64,000 nt of DNA from Octopus vulgaris. Taxonomy: Eukaryota. Below the pieces are notes generated by a model, which saw nothing but the letters and a program-made list of their open reading frames with translations, did not search any database and was not told where the DNA came from. The position numbers were made by a program, and so were the translations under genes. Positions 26,278 through 40,858 of the stretch are shown one piece after another; position 1 is the first letter of the stretch; each line of letters begins with the position of its first letter. The stretch is taken from positions 60,202,001-60,266,000 of the forward strand of contig OX597825.1 in NCBI GenBank assembly GCA_951406725.2, read 5' to 3'.

Positions 26278-26885
26278 AAGGTGGCGAGCTGGCAGAAACG
26301 TTAGCACGCCGGGCGAAATGCATAGCCGTATTTCGTCTGCCGTTACGTTCTGAGTTCAAATTCCGTCGAAGTCGACTTTGCCATTCATCCTTTTGAGGTC
26401 GATAAATTAAGTACCAGTTACGCACTGGTGTCGATGTAATCGACTTACTCCGTTTGTCTGTCCTTGTTTGTCCTCTCTGTGTTTAGCCCCTTGTGAGTAG
26501 AAAAGAAATAGGTATTTCGTCTGCCGTTACATTCTGAGTTCAAATTCCGCCGAGGTCGACTTTGCCATTCATCCTTTCGGGGTCGATTAAATAAGTACCA
26601 GTTACGCGCTGAAGTCGATATAATCGACTTAATCTGTTGTCTGTCCTTGTTTGTCCTCTCTGTGTTTAGCCCCTTGTGGGTAGTAAAGAAATAGGTATTT
26701 TGTCTACCATTACGTTCTGAGTTCAAATTCCGCCGAGGTCGACTTTGCCATTCATCCTTTCGGGGTCGATTAAATAAGTACTAAGTACGCACTGGGGTCG
26801 ATATAATCGACTTAGTCCGTTTGTCTGCCCTTGTTTGTCCCCTCAGTGTGTAGCCCTTTGTGGGCAGCAGTAAAGAAATAAGAAA
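26278..26885 (+). mobile_element. SINE family A copy with internally triplicated ~183-bp body
   Basis: gtatttcgtctgccgttacgttctgagttcaaattcc..tagcccc..aaagaaata repeated at ~26328, ~26512 and ~26694. Confidence 0.9.
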
Positions 26886-28480
26886 CAAGAGGAATAAAAA
26901 TAGTAATGATTATGAAAGCAATGCTACCACAACGATAAGAGTTACTACACCACCTTATCTTGTCCTTCCTACTTTTCCTTCTATCACAATGACTATCAAA
27001 ACTATTGTTGGTACTTTTGTTATCTACTTTTCACATAGAACGACTTCCGTCCCTACCATCGCCTTAAATAAATCAATGTCAGCGTTCCATTATGTATATG
27101 TTCCTATGTTTTTATTTTTTTTGCGTGACATCAATCTCTCCCCTACTTAAATATAAACGTGCCGGTATAGGGATATTGGGACCTTGCACATGAAAAGAAG
27201 TTAAAGGAACTGACAAATAAATCTAACTATCACCGGAAATTAACTTTCTCTTAGAAACTATGAAATAATCACGTTTATCAATATCACTTCTCTTCCGGGA
27301 AGCATTCATTGTTGTTGTTTTTATATTCTTATTCATATATTCTTATATTCTTATATTCTTACAGTTTTTGTGAATCTTTATTTTCATTATTCGCCTGTCA
27401 TTAATACTATTTATCTATTTCTTTTTATGTCGTGTGTTGCTATTCAGCAGAAATGGTAGACGGCTTCCTAATTTGTTTACAGTTTCAGATGTATTCCTTC
27501 TCAGTACGGCGTTCATACTCTACCGGCCCAGGTAAGTATATGTGGAAATGAACTTTCTTTTAATTCGAAACCGAAATGTACAATTACTCAGGTTTCTCTT
27601 CGGGAATCGACCATATAGGTCTCTGTACCACAAAATTCGAAACTATATACTTAGTGAACATACTTTGGCACCACACTATTGACAGTATGGAATATTTTCC
27701 TTTTCATTTATTACCAATATTGTAGGCTATACATTCAAACTTTTACTCATCTACACGCGCACACGCACACACACACATACACACACACACACCCACACAC
27801 ACACACACACATAATACAGAATTCACTCTCTGTATGTTTGCATACATATATGCATACACACACACACACAAACGTTCACAAGGAAATAGCCGTGAACGAC
27901 TTTGGAGATTCAGCTATCGCTTCGACGTCAAACTGTAGTTTTTTGCAAGGTTGTGTGTTCGTTTGATAGGTGGAGTAGTTTGATTGTTCGTTACGTGTGT
28001 TGCATGTATTATTCTTTTCTTTTTCATTTGTAGCAGAATAGGTAAATCCAGTGTATTTCTACGTCTCTGTGTATTTCTACGTCTCATATTTTTTATATGT
28101 ATATTATAGCCCTGTGACTCCTTAAACAATAATCTGATATCAATATCTTTCCTATATTTTCCAGGTCAGCGATATTTTTGGGTTAGACGTAACCTCATCT
28201 TTACCGTACCTTTTCGATTTCTAACAAGAGAAATCCATTTCTGTTTCAAATACGATTCTAATTTGCCAAACAACACTTTTTTATTTTCTTCCCAACGAGA
28301 GGACTGAAGCAATACGCAGTTGTTTGTGCTTGAATATCTTGGCTGATGTTATTTCTTTATCCCTTGATTAGTTTTCATAATGCGGATAAATGATTACAAT
28401 TGCAGCGTGGGAGGTGTTTATAAGCCATTTAAGAAACACACAGAAGCCGTTCGATTCACTTCAACATTTAAGTTTAATTT

Positions 28481-28524
28481 GTCAAAATATTTTCGTCGCT
28501 AAAATCCGCGACCTGCTCACTGAC
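28481..28524 (-). ncRNA. Hammerhead-like motif, G3-C8 variant
   Basis: gtca-GTGAGCA-G-GTCGC ggatttta GCGAC-GAAA-ATAT-TT-tgac. Confidence 0.6.
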
Positions 28525-29109
28525 TAAAATCCGTGCTGCATGATTAAAACCGTCCTAACCGTGTTCGTCGGATAGAAGGAACCATAACTGTGTTTCCCAC
28601 TGTACTATGTTCTGGGACGCTGAAGTACGATGGAAAAGAGATTTGCTTCCTATTCCTAACATGAAGTGTATCCACATTAAAAATCCTCTTTGACTTGTCA
28701 TACTGATAAATCATATTGGTAGTAGGCAACTGACTGATAATGATTTCGAATCAAAACACAAGAACAGATACCTCGTCTATATATGTATACATTATGTAAG
28801 TGTATAAGTAGAGAATATCGAAACCAGTAATGATTATAAAATTAATGATTAAAGAAATTATAAATTATTATCAACAAGGGACCTCCGTTAAGATCGCATG
28901 TAACGAAATACTTTATCTTATAACATATACGACAGTAAGATATAAAATGTCTCAGAAAATACAAGCAAGACATAAATTAAATATACGACAGAATACTATA
29001 TCAATTGAATACTTACAAGACTTAAGAAAAAAATAGTCCTCTAGAGTGGATTCTGTCGATTAAGTTCCTAGGCATACTACTAGCTTTCTAAAGGGTAAAA
29101 ATAAAAGAT

Positions 29110-29195
<86 letters not shown>

Positions 29196-29211
29196 CCATA
29201 CAGATATATAA

Positions 29212-29250
<39 letters not shown>

Positions 29251-29255
<5 letters not shown>

Positions 29256-30980
29256 GTAAAAAGTGAAAAAACTACAGAAGGCTTGTTTTAAAAGATTAAA
29301 AAAATATATATATTTGGGTCATTATGTCAGAAGAATGTTATAAATTTTTTTCATACAGTGACATAGTTTTTGAAGAAATTACCGGTTTGGTGTTAACTTC
29401 TCAAATTTCTCAAAACATTGTGTTATGACTTCGTTATGAAGTTTAAAGAAAGAGTTCCAGGTAAGGGGAGGTAATAAGTGATTTCTTCCGGTGTAAGGGA
29501 GATAATGGGGTGAGTTTCTCTATAAGAATGTAAGAGTGGTTAAGTTTGGGCTTATATTTTTCAATGAAGAATGTTTCCTTGTTTAGTCTAATTTGTGTTG
29601 GTGTTCCAATAGCACATTGATAAAATGGAAAGATTAAAATTGTGGTAGTAGTTGCTTTGCGCATTTCTCAATATGCTCATTAAAGGGTATCATTCTGTAT
29701 TCTGGGAATGCAATCTGTTGTCGATGCAGTGTGCATCTACGTCTGAGTGATAGTCCCGCGGATCCCACGTAGTTTTGGTGGCAGCCCGAGCATCTTATGA
29801 CATAAATTATGTTTTCAGAGGCACAAGTAAAATTAGATTTGATCTTGAATTTTTGTCCCTCTTTGAAGAGGAATTCTGATCCTTCTAGAAGGTTTGGGCA
29901 TGTTGCACAGTTTGGTCTACCACATTTTTTAACTTTTGCATCCGTAATTTCAGAAAGCAATTTTGCCTTTGTGAGAATCTTTTTAAGTGATTTAGGTTGT
30001 TTGTAGCTTTTAATGATTTTATGTATGTTTAGAATTTCCTTTAATTTGGGGTCCTTATGAAGTATTGGTAAATTCTGGGTGATGATGGTGAAGGCTTCTT
30101 TGTTTCTGGGGTTGTATGTGGATATGTAAGGCAGTATTTTCGGGGACGGTGTGTTGTTGTGTTGAACTTTTCTCAAAGTTTCTATGTCGATTTCTGTTGC
30201 ACGTCTGATCCCATCCTCTATGAGTTGAGCTGGGTAGTGTCTGTCAATTAGGGTGTTTTTGAGTTCTTGTAGTCTAAAGTTCCTGGTATTTTGTTCTGAC
30301 ACTATTGTGCATATCCTTCTTGCAAGGTTGAAAGGTATGTTTGTTTTAGTGTGTCTTGGGTGGCATAAATCAAAAAGTAGGTATTGTTTGGCGTCTGTGG
30401 CTTTGTAAAAAATGTCTGTTTCTATTTTAAGGTTCATTTTTTTAATTAGTATATCTAAGAATGGAAGCTCCTTTTGGTTGTATTCCATTGTGAACTGTAT
30501 ATTTGGGTTGATGCTGTTTTAGGAATTTATCTGGGTTTTCATTCCAGAGTATAAAACAATCGCCCTGGAATCGTTTCCAATTCTCTTTTATGTATTGAGA
30601 GAGGGGGTTTCCAAAGGTTGATAAAGATTCCTGGTAAATAATTATTTCCAGGTAGCCCATTGTTAGGTTCGCAATGACTGGTGCTGCCCTTGTACCATAG
30701 CAATTCCGGATTTTTGACGGTAAAATGTATTGTCAAACATGAAGTGGTTATTATGTAGGATGAATTCAACCGATTTAGTAATGAATTCTTTACTGATCCT
30801 TTTTGGTATTTCTGCCGGAAATTGGTCCAGCCAGAACTGTATTGCCTCTAGTCCATAATTATGAGGTATACTGGTATATAAATTAACTACATCAAATGAA
30901 ACCATGATTGTTTCTTCCTTGGCTTTTTTTGGAAGGTGGTTTAACATATCCAAGTCATCTCTGATATGGCTATCGATATG
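29251..30980 (-). mobile_element. PLE C (Neptune-like), 5'-truncated and frameshifted
   Basis: VSFDVVNLYTSIPH, QKSGIAM, WKRFQGDCFILW (degenerate DD motif), ELPFLDILI, CGRPNCATC, IIYVIRCSGCHQNYVG; ends in (TA)n. Confidence 0.9.
29374..29410 (-). ncRNA. Minimal hammerhead-like motif (U3-A8, G12C in this copy)
   Basis: agaaat-TTGAGAA-gt taac ac-CAAA-CCGG-TA-atttct in the 3'UTR of PLE C. Confidence 0.55.
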
Positions 30981-30999
30981 TTTAAGGAAGGGTTTTAGG

Positions 31000-31076
31000 G
31001 ACTACTGTAGCGTCGGGTGAGCTTAAACTCTTTGAGACGATTTGGTAGAGGGAAAGTGAAAGAAACCCATCGCATA

Positions 31077-31122
<46 letters not shown>

Positions 31123-31365
31123 TGTGTATGTGTGTGCGTGTATGTTTGTGTGTGTATCTGTGTTAGTCACCCCTCCATCACGTGACGGTCGATGCTAGTG
31201 TGTTTACGTCCCCAAATCTAGCGGTTCGTCAAAAGAACCGATAGAATAAGTACTAGGCTTACAAAGAATAAATCCTGGGGTCGATTTATTCGACCAAATG
31301 CGGTGCTCCAGCATGACCACGGTCAAACGAGTGAAACAAGTGAAAGGATAGAAGAATAAAGAATG
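31000..31365 (+). mobile_element. SINE family C copy with LINE-like 3' tail
   Basis: ..atttggtagagggaaagtgaaagaaaccc(TA)n..gatagaataagtactagg..gcggtgctccagcatgacc..gaaacaag. Confidence 0.75.
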
Positions 31366-31502
31366 TTTAGATATATATAAAATCGTTAATTTAAATATCG
31401 ATCATATCAAGTGGCCTGTATGGGAATAAAAACCTTCAAAGGTAATAATTATTATTAAAATTATAATTTAGGGAATCTAAGAGATACATCCACGCTGGAA
31501 AT

Positions 31503-31654
31503 AGCAACCAAAATTTGACCCTAAAATCACATTAAATGTCCATACAACACCAGGAGAGATGTCATTGTTTTGCTAGTATATTTTATAGTTTACTTTTCTC
31601 TCCTGGTACTGTATAAACATTTAATGTGATTTTAGAGTCAAGTTTTGGCTGTTC
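31503..31654. repeat. Imperfect inverted repeat (~57-bp arms) adjacent to (TA)n
   Basis: ccaaaatttgaccctaaaatcacattaaatgtccatacaacaccaggagaga / tctctcctggtactgtataaacatttaatgtgattttagagtcaagttttgg. Confidence 0.8.
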
Positions 31655-31664
31655 TTTATATATA

Positions 31665-31729
<65 letters not shown>

Positions 31730-32226
31730 CTTTTATGGTTAGGGCGACAAAGGTTTCTAAGACCTGCGTACACACATATCATGTTCTACTACGTGCAACC
31801 CATATGTGTCGATCTAGTACTAGCACGTTTTGAGCGAAATTGCAGCGGACAGTGGGAATACATTATATACACACATTCACACATATACTCTGTGTGTGTA
31901 ATAGATACAATATACTGTTTATGTGTGCGTTTTTATGCTTAGTGTTTGTATGTGGGTTCATACCCGAAAGCTAATATATAACTCCTGCACCATTGCCAAG
32001 GCGGAGATAGAGAAATATGTTGAGTAGCAAACGTCAGTAAATTAATTTTGAATTTATATATCAACCTAATTTCATATGACAGTTCGGTTCACTTGATAAT
32101 GAACCAAATGTATGATGAATGTGTGCGTGAGTATATGTGTGTAGTATCTGTACTTAGTCCCACTGTCGAATACAAAACATGCACACACACACACACACAC
32201 ATATATATGTATATACATATTTATAG

Positions 32227-32314
<88 letters not shown>

Positions 32315-32326
32315 AATGTATATATA

Positions 32327-32375
<49 letters not shown>

Positions 32376-32432
32376 GCATATATATATGTATATATATATA
32401 AATATGTATATAAATGCATATATATATAAATG

Positions 32433-32463
<31 letters not shown>

Positions 32464-32514
32464 CACTCACGAGCACACATCTGCATACATGTTTATTCGC
32501 ATGTGAATTTATGT

Positions 32515-32555
<41 letters not shown>

Positions 32556-32674
32556 TGCGTGCATGTATGTACCAATATATATCCGTGTATATGTGTGCAT
32601 ATATATGTATATATGCTTATCTATACATACCGACATACATGTAAGTGTGTGTGTACCTTTGCGCACTAGTGTTT

Positions 32675-32758
<84 letters not shown>

Positions 32759-33405
32759 GTGTGTGTATGTGTGTGAATGCTTGCATACTTCGTTTTTCCT
32801 TATCTGCTCTTAGAAATCTTTCCCCATAATTAGCATGCCGCTATGTCTTAGCACTGTAGCGTTATTTTACCAAACATCAATTTTTTTTTTTTTTTTTTTT
32901 TGGTTTTGCTTTCAAGTGTGAGGAATTCTTCCCAACACAGATATGCTACTAAACTAAATAGCTTTGCTTGAACTGCAGAGCCATCTGCACTACATTGTCA
33001 ATACTAATCTTTAAGCTAATGAACATCGCAAAACTTCAAAATGCATTCCAGCTGCTCCACTTAATGTTCCAATAGTAATATCTACACTACGTCTTGCAGT
33101 AAATTGTATCAGAATCAACATCGTGCGGGCTACCAATTTAAAGTATATTCATGTAATTCAGGTATATGATAATGACGACTTATACACTGGTGATTTATAT
33201 TTTGTGTGTTCATAGTTCATTTACAATTAAAAGGATTCTGCATTTATTTTGATAAGTAATACGAGAGGGTAATCAGTTGACACTTCGCTATTATTATAGA
33301 TAATTTGATATCGGTGTATATACATTTATAACATGCACACATATACAAAGGCAGACACACACACACACACACACACGCACACACACACATGCATGCGTGC
33401 GTGTG

Positions 33406-33978
<573 letters not shown>

Positions 33979-33981
<3 letters not shown>

Positions 33982-35105
33982 TTTTTAGACAAAATAATGG
34001 AAACACCTTAAAATGTCAAACAAGATTACTTTGATATGGGGTAGGACCTACTTTGGCAATAATTACTGTTTGAATTTCACGAGGTATGGACTCGTACAAA
34101 GTTTGAATTGTTTCCAAAGGAACTTTTGTCCATTCTTTATCTTAAAAAGTCTCCAGTTCTTGTAGTGATGAAAGTGGAGGAAATTGTTGTTTTTAATACG
34201 CCATAAATGTTCAATAATGTTCAGATCTGAGGACTGTGGTGACCAGATATAATGTTAAACTTCACTAGAATGTTCCTGGTGCCATTCAGTAGTAACTTTA
34301 GCTGTGTAAATTGGTGCATTATCATCCTGAAAGATTGTGTTTCCTTCCGGAATCATTTCCGCAAACATAGGATGAATTTGATGAGATAAAATGCTTAAAT
34401 AGTGTTTACTATTAATTCTGCCATGAAGGGACATCATTGGGCCGACGGATTTCCAAGATATAGCCCCCCACCAGATCATCACAGATCCTCCTCTATGTTT
34501 AACACTTGGATGAAGGCAGTTTGGGTCAAATGATTCCTTTGGCTGTCTCCACATGTATACTCCGCCGGTGGTCGGAAATAAGGTAAAGGATGACTCGTCC
34601 GAGAAAATAACATTCTCCCAATTCTCTAGGGACCAATTCTGCAGGGTTTTACTCCGCTCGAAACGCTTTGTAACATTTGTTTTTGAAAGTAGTTGTTTTC
34701 TGATTGCAGTCCTCCCGTGAAATCCGGCTTTGTGCAGCTCCCCGCGAAGAGTCTTTATGGAAACTCAGTTCTCTAGGTGGTCTGCAGTAAGTTTTTCCCT
34801 GTTTCTCAAAGGCTGTCATCACCTTCGAGACAGTACGTCTTGATACATCAAACATTTCGGCTGTTTTCGTTACGCTAGTGCCTGCTATACGAGCACCAAG
34901 AATTTGAGTTCTTTGAAAGCCCGATAGATCTGTCATTTTATTGAATTTTAATTGTCTTTTTCTGAGGATATCTGAAAAGAAACAACAATTTTCAAAACCA
35001 TATTAAGCAACATGAATAATAAATCAAAAAACATAAAAATGAACAAGTTTTCAACGGTTTTTATATATATTTCAAAATTATGATGCTATGATGCTAGGTT
35101 TTTCC
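33979..35105 (-). mobile_element. Tc1-family DNA transposon relic (DD34E-type transposase pseudogene)
   Basis: TA|CAGT..aaaataatggaaacacct terminus; MTDLSGFQRTQILGAR..SRRTVSK HTH; FSDESSF, VKHRGGSVMIW, FQDDNAP, SPQSSDLNIIEHLW; partial matching TIR aggtttttcc at ~35096. Confidence 0.88.
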
Positions 35106-35107
35106 CA

Positions 35108-35197
<90 letters not shown>

Positions 35198-35598
35198 ATA
35201 CACACACACACACATATATATATATAGGTATATATATATATATGTATATATATACACACATATATATATATACATATATACACATACATATATATATATA
35301 TATGTAAATATATATATATATATAAGTTTGTATGTAGTTGTATATCGTCATATAAAGTTGTACATGTATTAGACGTGGAATTATCAGTATGTAGCAGCGG
35401 ATGGTTTTTAATTGTGTGTTATATATCTTAATAACATTACTTTATTATCTTTTTTGAAGCCGTAAGCACATGGGATGCAGAATGTCCCGGTTTCATTCTG
35501 GGGTCGGGTTTACACATTCTGTCCTTAGGCCTGAGCTTTTTTCACGTTGCTCCCGCTGTAAATGAATACCTTTCCTCAATGTTCCTAACGGTCAAGGT

Positions 35599-35912
35599 TT
35601 CATATCTTCTCGGGAGTAGATACGTATCTAGTACAAGGAGAATAAGTAAGACCATGCTACCATGTCATACTCGCTCGCGAGTGGTGGAAACTGTCCGGCA
35701 TAATTAATTTCGAATGACGGTATTATTTCGATAAGCATATTTGTTCATACAGTTCTTCATCGCCAAGGATCCATGTCTTCTCAGGAATGGATAGGTATCT
35801 AGAACAAGGAGAAAACATATGGCCCATGCTACTAAGTCACATTCTCTTGCATGTGATGGAGATCATAGAGTATAATTACTTTTGAATGACCATATTACCT
35901 CGAGAAGCAAGT
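35599..35912 (+). repeat. Diverged ~172-bp tandem duplication behind a SINE-like head
   Basis: tcttctc(g/a)gga..atctag(t/a)acaaggaga..ccatgctac..ataatta..gaatgac..cga(t/g)aagca occurs twice. Confidence 0.7.
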
Positions 35913-36899
35913 CTATTCCTAATGTCTGTAGTCGACTTACTTTACACATCAGTTATAACCATAATTCTCTTGGGAATGACCCAGGTTCTTGCTCCACGAA
36001 CAAATAGTATATATAGACATTTTTACCTTATTAAATTAAATTAATTTGGTAATTGTTTATTACAGTTGAGTACTAATGTTCTTATAATTAATGTCACAAG
36101 ACCAATTCAGAAACGCTGGTACAATGATTGCATTGAAGTAATATTGGCTGGTATCATGAGGGATTCATTGCTGGCTTGGATACAATTATTACAACTGCAT
36201 CTTATATTTGGGAGAAGGATATTAGACACTCAGTGCATCACAAACGCAGAAGTACAGGAGATTTAATTACCGGAAGCCATTGATAATTATTGTAGTGTTA
36301 ATTGGTCGATGTTCCCTAATTAATGGCTTTAGTATTGGTGTTGTTATTGTTGCTGTTATTATCCTCACGTTGCGTAATTATTATTGGCAATGTGGAAATT
36401 TAATCGTATTTGCTACACGCGATGACACATCGTAATTTTCTTGTGTTTCAAAGAGACAAATATTTAAAAGAGAGAATTCAATACAGACTATGAGACAATA
36501 AAAGTGCCTGTGAGTATCACGGTGATATGCTAGAAATAACAACTACTTTCTCCATAAATCAAATGTATAAAACTTAGGAAAATTGATATTTTAGATTATG
36601 AACACATTCTTCATATGAAAACTCAAAAAAGTTAACATCATTGGGAAATTCAGTCTTTGTTTTTATCATAGTTCACAAAAACTATTTGATTAAAATTTGA
36701 TGAAAATAAGAAATTGATCGAAAATATACGACACCTTAAAATTTTCATGCCATAATATATTTTTGCTTAAATTTTCAGATTTGAAAATATCATATTCTTA
36801 ATAATTTAACCAGAAAAGCGACACTTAGAAACATGGATATGTCGAACTCTGCCAAATGTAATATTGTATGTATGTATGCATGTATGCATGTATGCATGT

Positions 36900-37220
36900 G
36901 AAGGCACGTGGCTTAGTGGTTAGGGTTTTCGACTCACAATTATAAGGTCGTGAGTTCAATTCCCGGAGACGCGTTGTGTCCTTGAGCAAGACACTTTATT
37001 TCACGTTGCTCCAGTTCACTCACCTCACACACATGAGTAGTACCTGTATTTAAAAGGGCCAGCATTGTCACATTGCGTGTCACGCTGAATTTCCCTGAGA
37101 ACTATGTTAAGGGCACGCATGTCTGTGGAGTGCTCAGCCACTTGCACGTTTATTTCACGAGCAGGTTATTCCGTTGATCGGATCAACTGGAACTCTCGTC
37201 GTCGAAACCGACGGATTACC
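36900..37220 (+). mobile_element. tRNA-derived SINE family B, near full length
   Basis: A box tggcttagtgg, B box gagttcaattcc, then gtgtccttgagcaagacactt. Confidence 0.85.
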
Positions 37221-37301
37221 GTATCGTAAAAATATTTTCTGTTCAAGTTCAGACAGAAGTGAAACATATAAATGAGTTAAGTTTTATATAGAAGCATACA
37301 A

Positions 37302-37358
<57 letters not shown>

Positions 37359-38050
37359 ACCAGACGCATAAAGCACACACAAACACAAGAAGAGGAATGT
37401 TGACAAATTGAGAAAATTATGTCTGACTTACTTTGCTACTGAGAGTAACACGTAATTAATTTAATTTTCTATTTATATAGATATGCCTGACTGCTTCAGA
37501 CATTGCCTCGCATCATTTTAGTTTAAAAATGATGATTTAAAGCATCTCAAGAGTGGTTATTATGTCTGTCTTCTTCTGACATTGGTTGCTTCCTTACTGA
37601 TGGTGTTCTTATTCAAATTGCACTTGTTCTTGTCGTTTCTTATAACACTGATGCTATGCTCAGGAAATGGTTATATATATACTTATATAAGTAGGCATAT
37701 ATGATGTATGTATTTTATGATATATGGATATGTATATGTATATTGTGATATAGGTATGTATAACTACACACACACACACATACATATATATATGCTCATG
37801 CATTTATACACACGCACACACATATTGATACATACAGTAGGAATGTAGAAATGCAGGTAAACAAAACACAGTGTGTATATATATATATATCTATATATCT
37901 ATACAAATTTATATATATATATGTGCATATATATATATATACGCATATGTACATGTATACGCACTGATAGGTATATAAATATATATACGTACATACAACA
38001 TATGTATATGTATGCAATTCTATCTATCTGTCTATCTATCTATCTATCTA

Positions 38051-38097
<47 letters not shown>

Positions 38098-38882
38098 TCA
38101 CACATACCATACACATATTAACACATATTAAGAAGTAGGTATATTGACACCTAACTGCATGTATACATGAACGGAACAATTAGAATGTAGCAACCGTACA
38201 TCGCAAAAGACAAATACAACAATAATAATAAGAACAATAATCCAAAACACGCAGGAAAGCTATAATGGAAAACAAGTCACGACACAAAATATTAGGAACT
38301 GCAAAAAAAACAAAAGATCTATAGATAGGTAAACATTATATAAAATGATATAAAAACAAAAGAATCTCACAAAATATGAGTATAATAATTTGTGATAAAA
38401 TCTAAATGAGCAAATCTCCTAATATTTATGTGTTCCCATGTCTGACATGCTTCAGTGAATGTTCAGCCTAGAATGTCATTTTATTAATGCAATACTTTAA
38501 AACAAAAACGAAATAGAAGCCAATTCTTGCTATGGAGCTTACGTAACTAATGACTTGTTGTTGGTGGCTAAAAACTAAAACTTTTAGCTTTTGTATTGTT
38601 TCATTCTTCTTCTTTGTCGTATAAATAACATTCAGCACAAGAGTGATGATCTCGTTATACTATATTACCTTCGTATCAAAGTTCTGACGGCAGGCAGACA
38701 TTATGTCAGGTTATATAAACGTAGAGCCGAACAGGAATTGGAGGTGAATGTAAATATGTATAATGTAGACGATATGATATGATATAATATATATAAATAC
38801 ATATGTGTGTGTGTGTACTTGTGTATGTGTGTGTGAGAGCGAATATACATGAATATGTTTTATGTATTGTAAGTATCCATGT

Positions 38883-39268
38883 ATGCATTTATGTACGCAC
38901 ATATTTATACATGCAAACATGCATACACACACATACACACACACACACATACACACACACACACACATATATATAAATACATACAGAAAACGAGGGAGAG
39001 AGAGAGAGTTATATGTATATTCATTTTATATATACGTGTATATATATGTAAATGCATGCATATATATATTGTGTGTGTGCGGGTGTGTATATATGCATTT
39101 ATGTACGCACATATTTATACATGCAAACATGCATACACACACATACACACACACACACATACACACACACACACACATATATATAAATACATACAGAAAA
39201 CGAGGGAGAGAGAGAGAGAGTTATATGTATATTCATTTTATATATACGTGTATATATATGTAAATGCA
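38883..39268 (+). repeat. ~210-bp near-perfect tandem duplication
   Basis: atgcatttatgtacgcac..cagaaaacgagggagag..gtaaatgca at ~38883 and ~39093. Confidence 0.9.
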
Positions 39269-39533
39269 GAATCACTCATCTTGCTACAGTCAAAAATTGT
39301 GAAGCATGACTGTCAACACTACTACATGAACCCGAAGATTGCAGAATTCAATGCATGAAAGTACTAGTTCAATCAGAATGAATATTTAACATTCTACTAT
39401 TTCATTTTATTTTATTCAATTATAATATATTATCTTATAATATATCATTATAAGATTGTAAATAAAACGTGAAAATCAGACAAGGTTGGAATTCTTTTTA
39501 TTAATATATTCTTCTATACACAATCACACACAC

Positions 39534-39570
<37 letters not shown>

Positions 39571-40234
39571 TATATAGGCGTATTCAAATATATGTCTTCA
39601 TATATTTGTGTTCTTTATATCGTCTCTATAATGCGTCATAGATATATGTGTATGTATATAAATATATATATCTATGCCTATGGTATATATTTATATACAT
39701 ATTCATATGTATTTATTTGTCTCAGCTACTAACGCAGGCAGATATATTAATGCTTAGCATTCTCTGGTTTTCTGTCTCGTTGTTAGATTACAACATCATA
39801 AATCTATCACTAAAATTACTTTTGTTGTTATAGGCAGTTTACTAATGTCAATGATCTTCGTCTTTTTTCTGTCAACAATCATCACGTCAAATATCCGTTT
39901 AAAAGTTTCTCTTACGTTAGACTCAAGAATTACTCTAATTCCTTCTATTTGTTTGTTTAACCTTTTGTGTTAATTTCTTTTAATTCTATTTCGTAATACA
40001 GCATAACGAATCGTTTGCTGAGTTGTTAATATTTCACAAACAACATTTTGCATACCAAGACCAATGCAAAACTTTGCAGATATGGACGCATTAGTAATGT
40101 TCTAAATATTTAAACAGTTTTACGGTCAAGCTGGTTAATTGCTTCGCAGATAATGATAGCATATCTTGTTAGTAAAATAATGTACATGAATCTCTTGTAC
40201 AACAATTTATATCCGTAAATCTTTTTAGTTTCTT

Positions 40235-40440
40235 CTTGTTAAGAATAGAAATGTGTTAAAAAGAACAAGTGCGCTAAGTAAATGACGTGTTAGGAAGATA
40301 ATTAAGATTTATTAAGAAAAAGAAGATAGATTTGTTATGATTAGAGGTGTATTAATGAAAGTGATATGTTAAGAAAAGAGGTGTGTTTAGGAAAGTCATG
40401 TGTTAAGAAAATTTATGTGTTAAGAAAAAAGGTGTATTGA
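40235..40440. repeat. Degenerate ~18-bp minisatellite (atgtgttaagaaaa core)
   Basis: About 10 imperfect copies. Confidence 0.6.
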
Positions 40441-40858
40441 GCAGCGTAATGCGTTCTATCTCTGTTATATATGTTAATGCATGAAAACTCTGTAAAGTAA
40501 TAATCGTAATGCAAATAAACTGGTGCACATTTGCATCAGTAAACGTTTGTTCAGATGTGAAATCTTAGAATGAATTCGATTGGATAGAGGAATTCAAATT
40601 TTAAAGTTTTGAGTTGTTGTATCTGAACTAAGAGTAGAAGTATTTGAAGTAATTCCTTAGTTATTGTATCCATGCTAAAATAACTCTGCCATTATCCGCC
40701 CTCAGATTAGAATTTACAGTCCTCAAAGTAATAATATTTCCTCATATATGGGGAAGACTTGATCTACTACGGGAACGGTTGCACATGACAGTAAACCTTG
40801 ATGCTAATGGAGGGATGCATGATAGGAATATATATAATTTAACAAAAACAAAAATTTT

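Noticed and set aside
36066-36282. Acceptor-like site followed by short open frames (similar cases at ~37481, ~41114, ~61966)
   Set aside because: No recognisable protein motif or paired donor site; cannot be supported from sequence alone.
36900-36975. tRNA gene
   Set aside because: A/B boxes are present, but the sequence continues into a SINE body and I cannot fold a full cloverleaf; the same applies to the other SINE heads.
38680-38727. Degenerate hammerhead-like string (ctgacgg..taaacgtagagc)
   Set aside because: Two core mismatches and no clear stem II.
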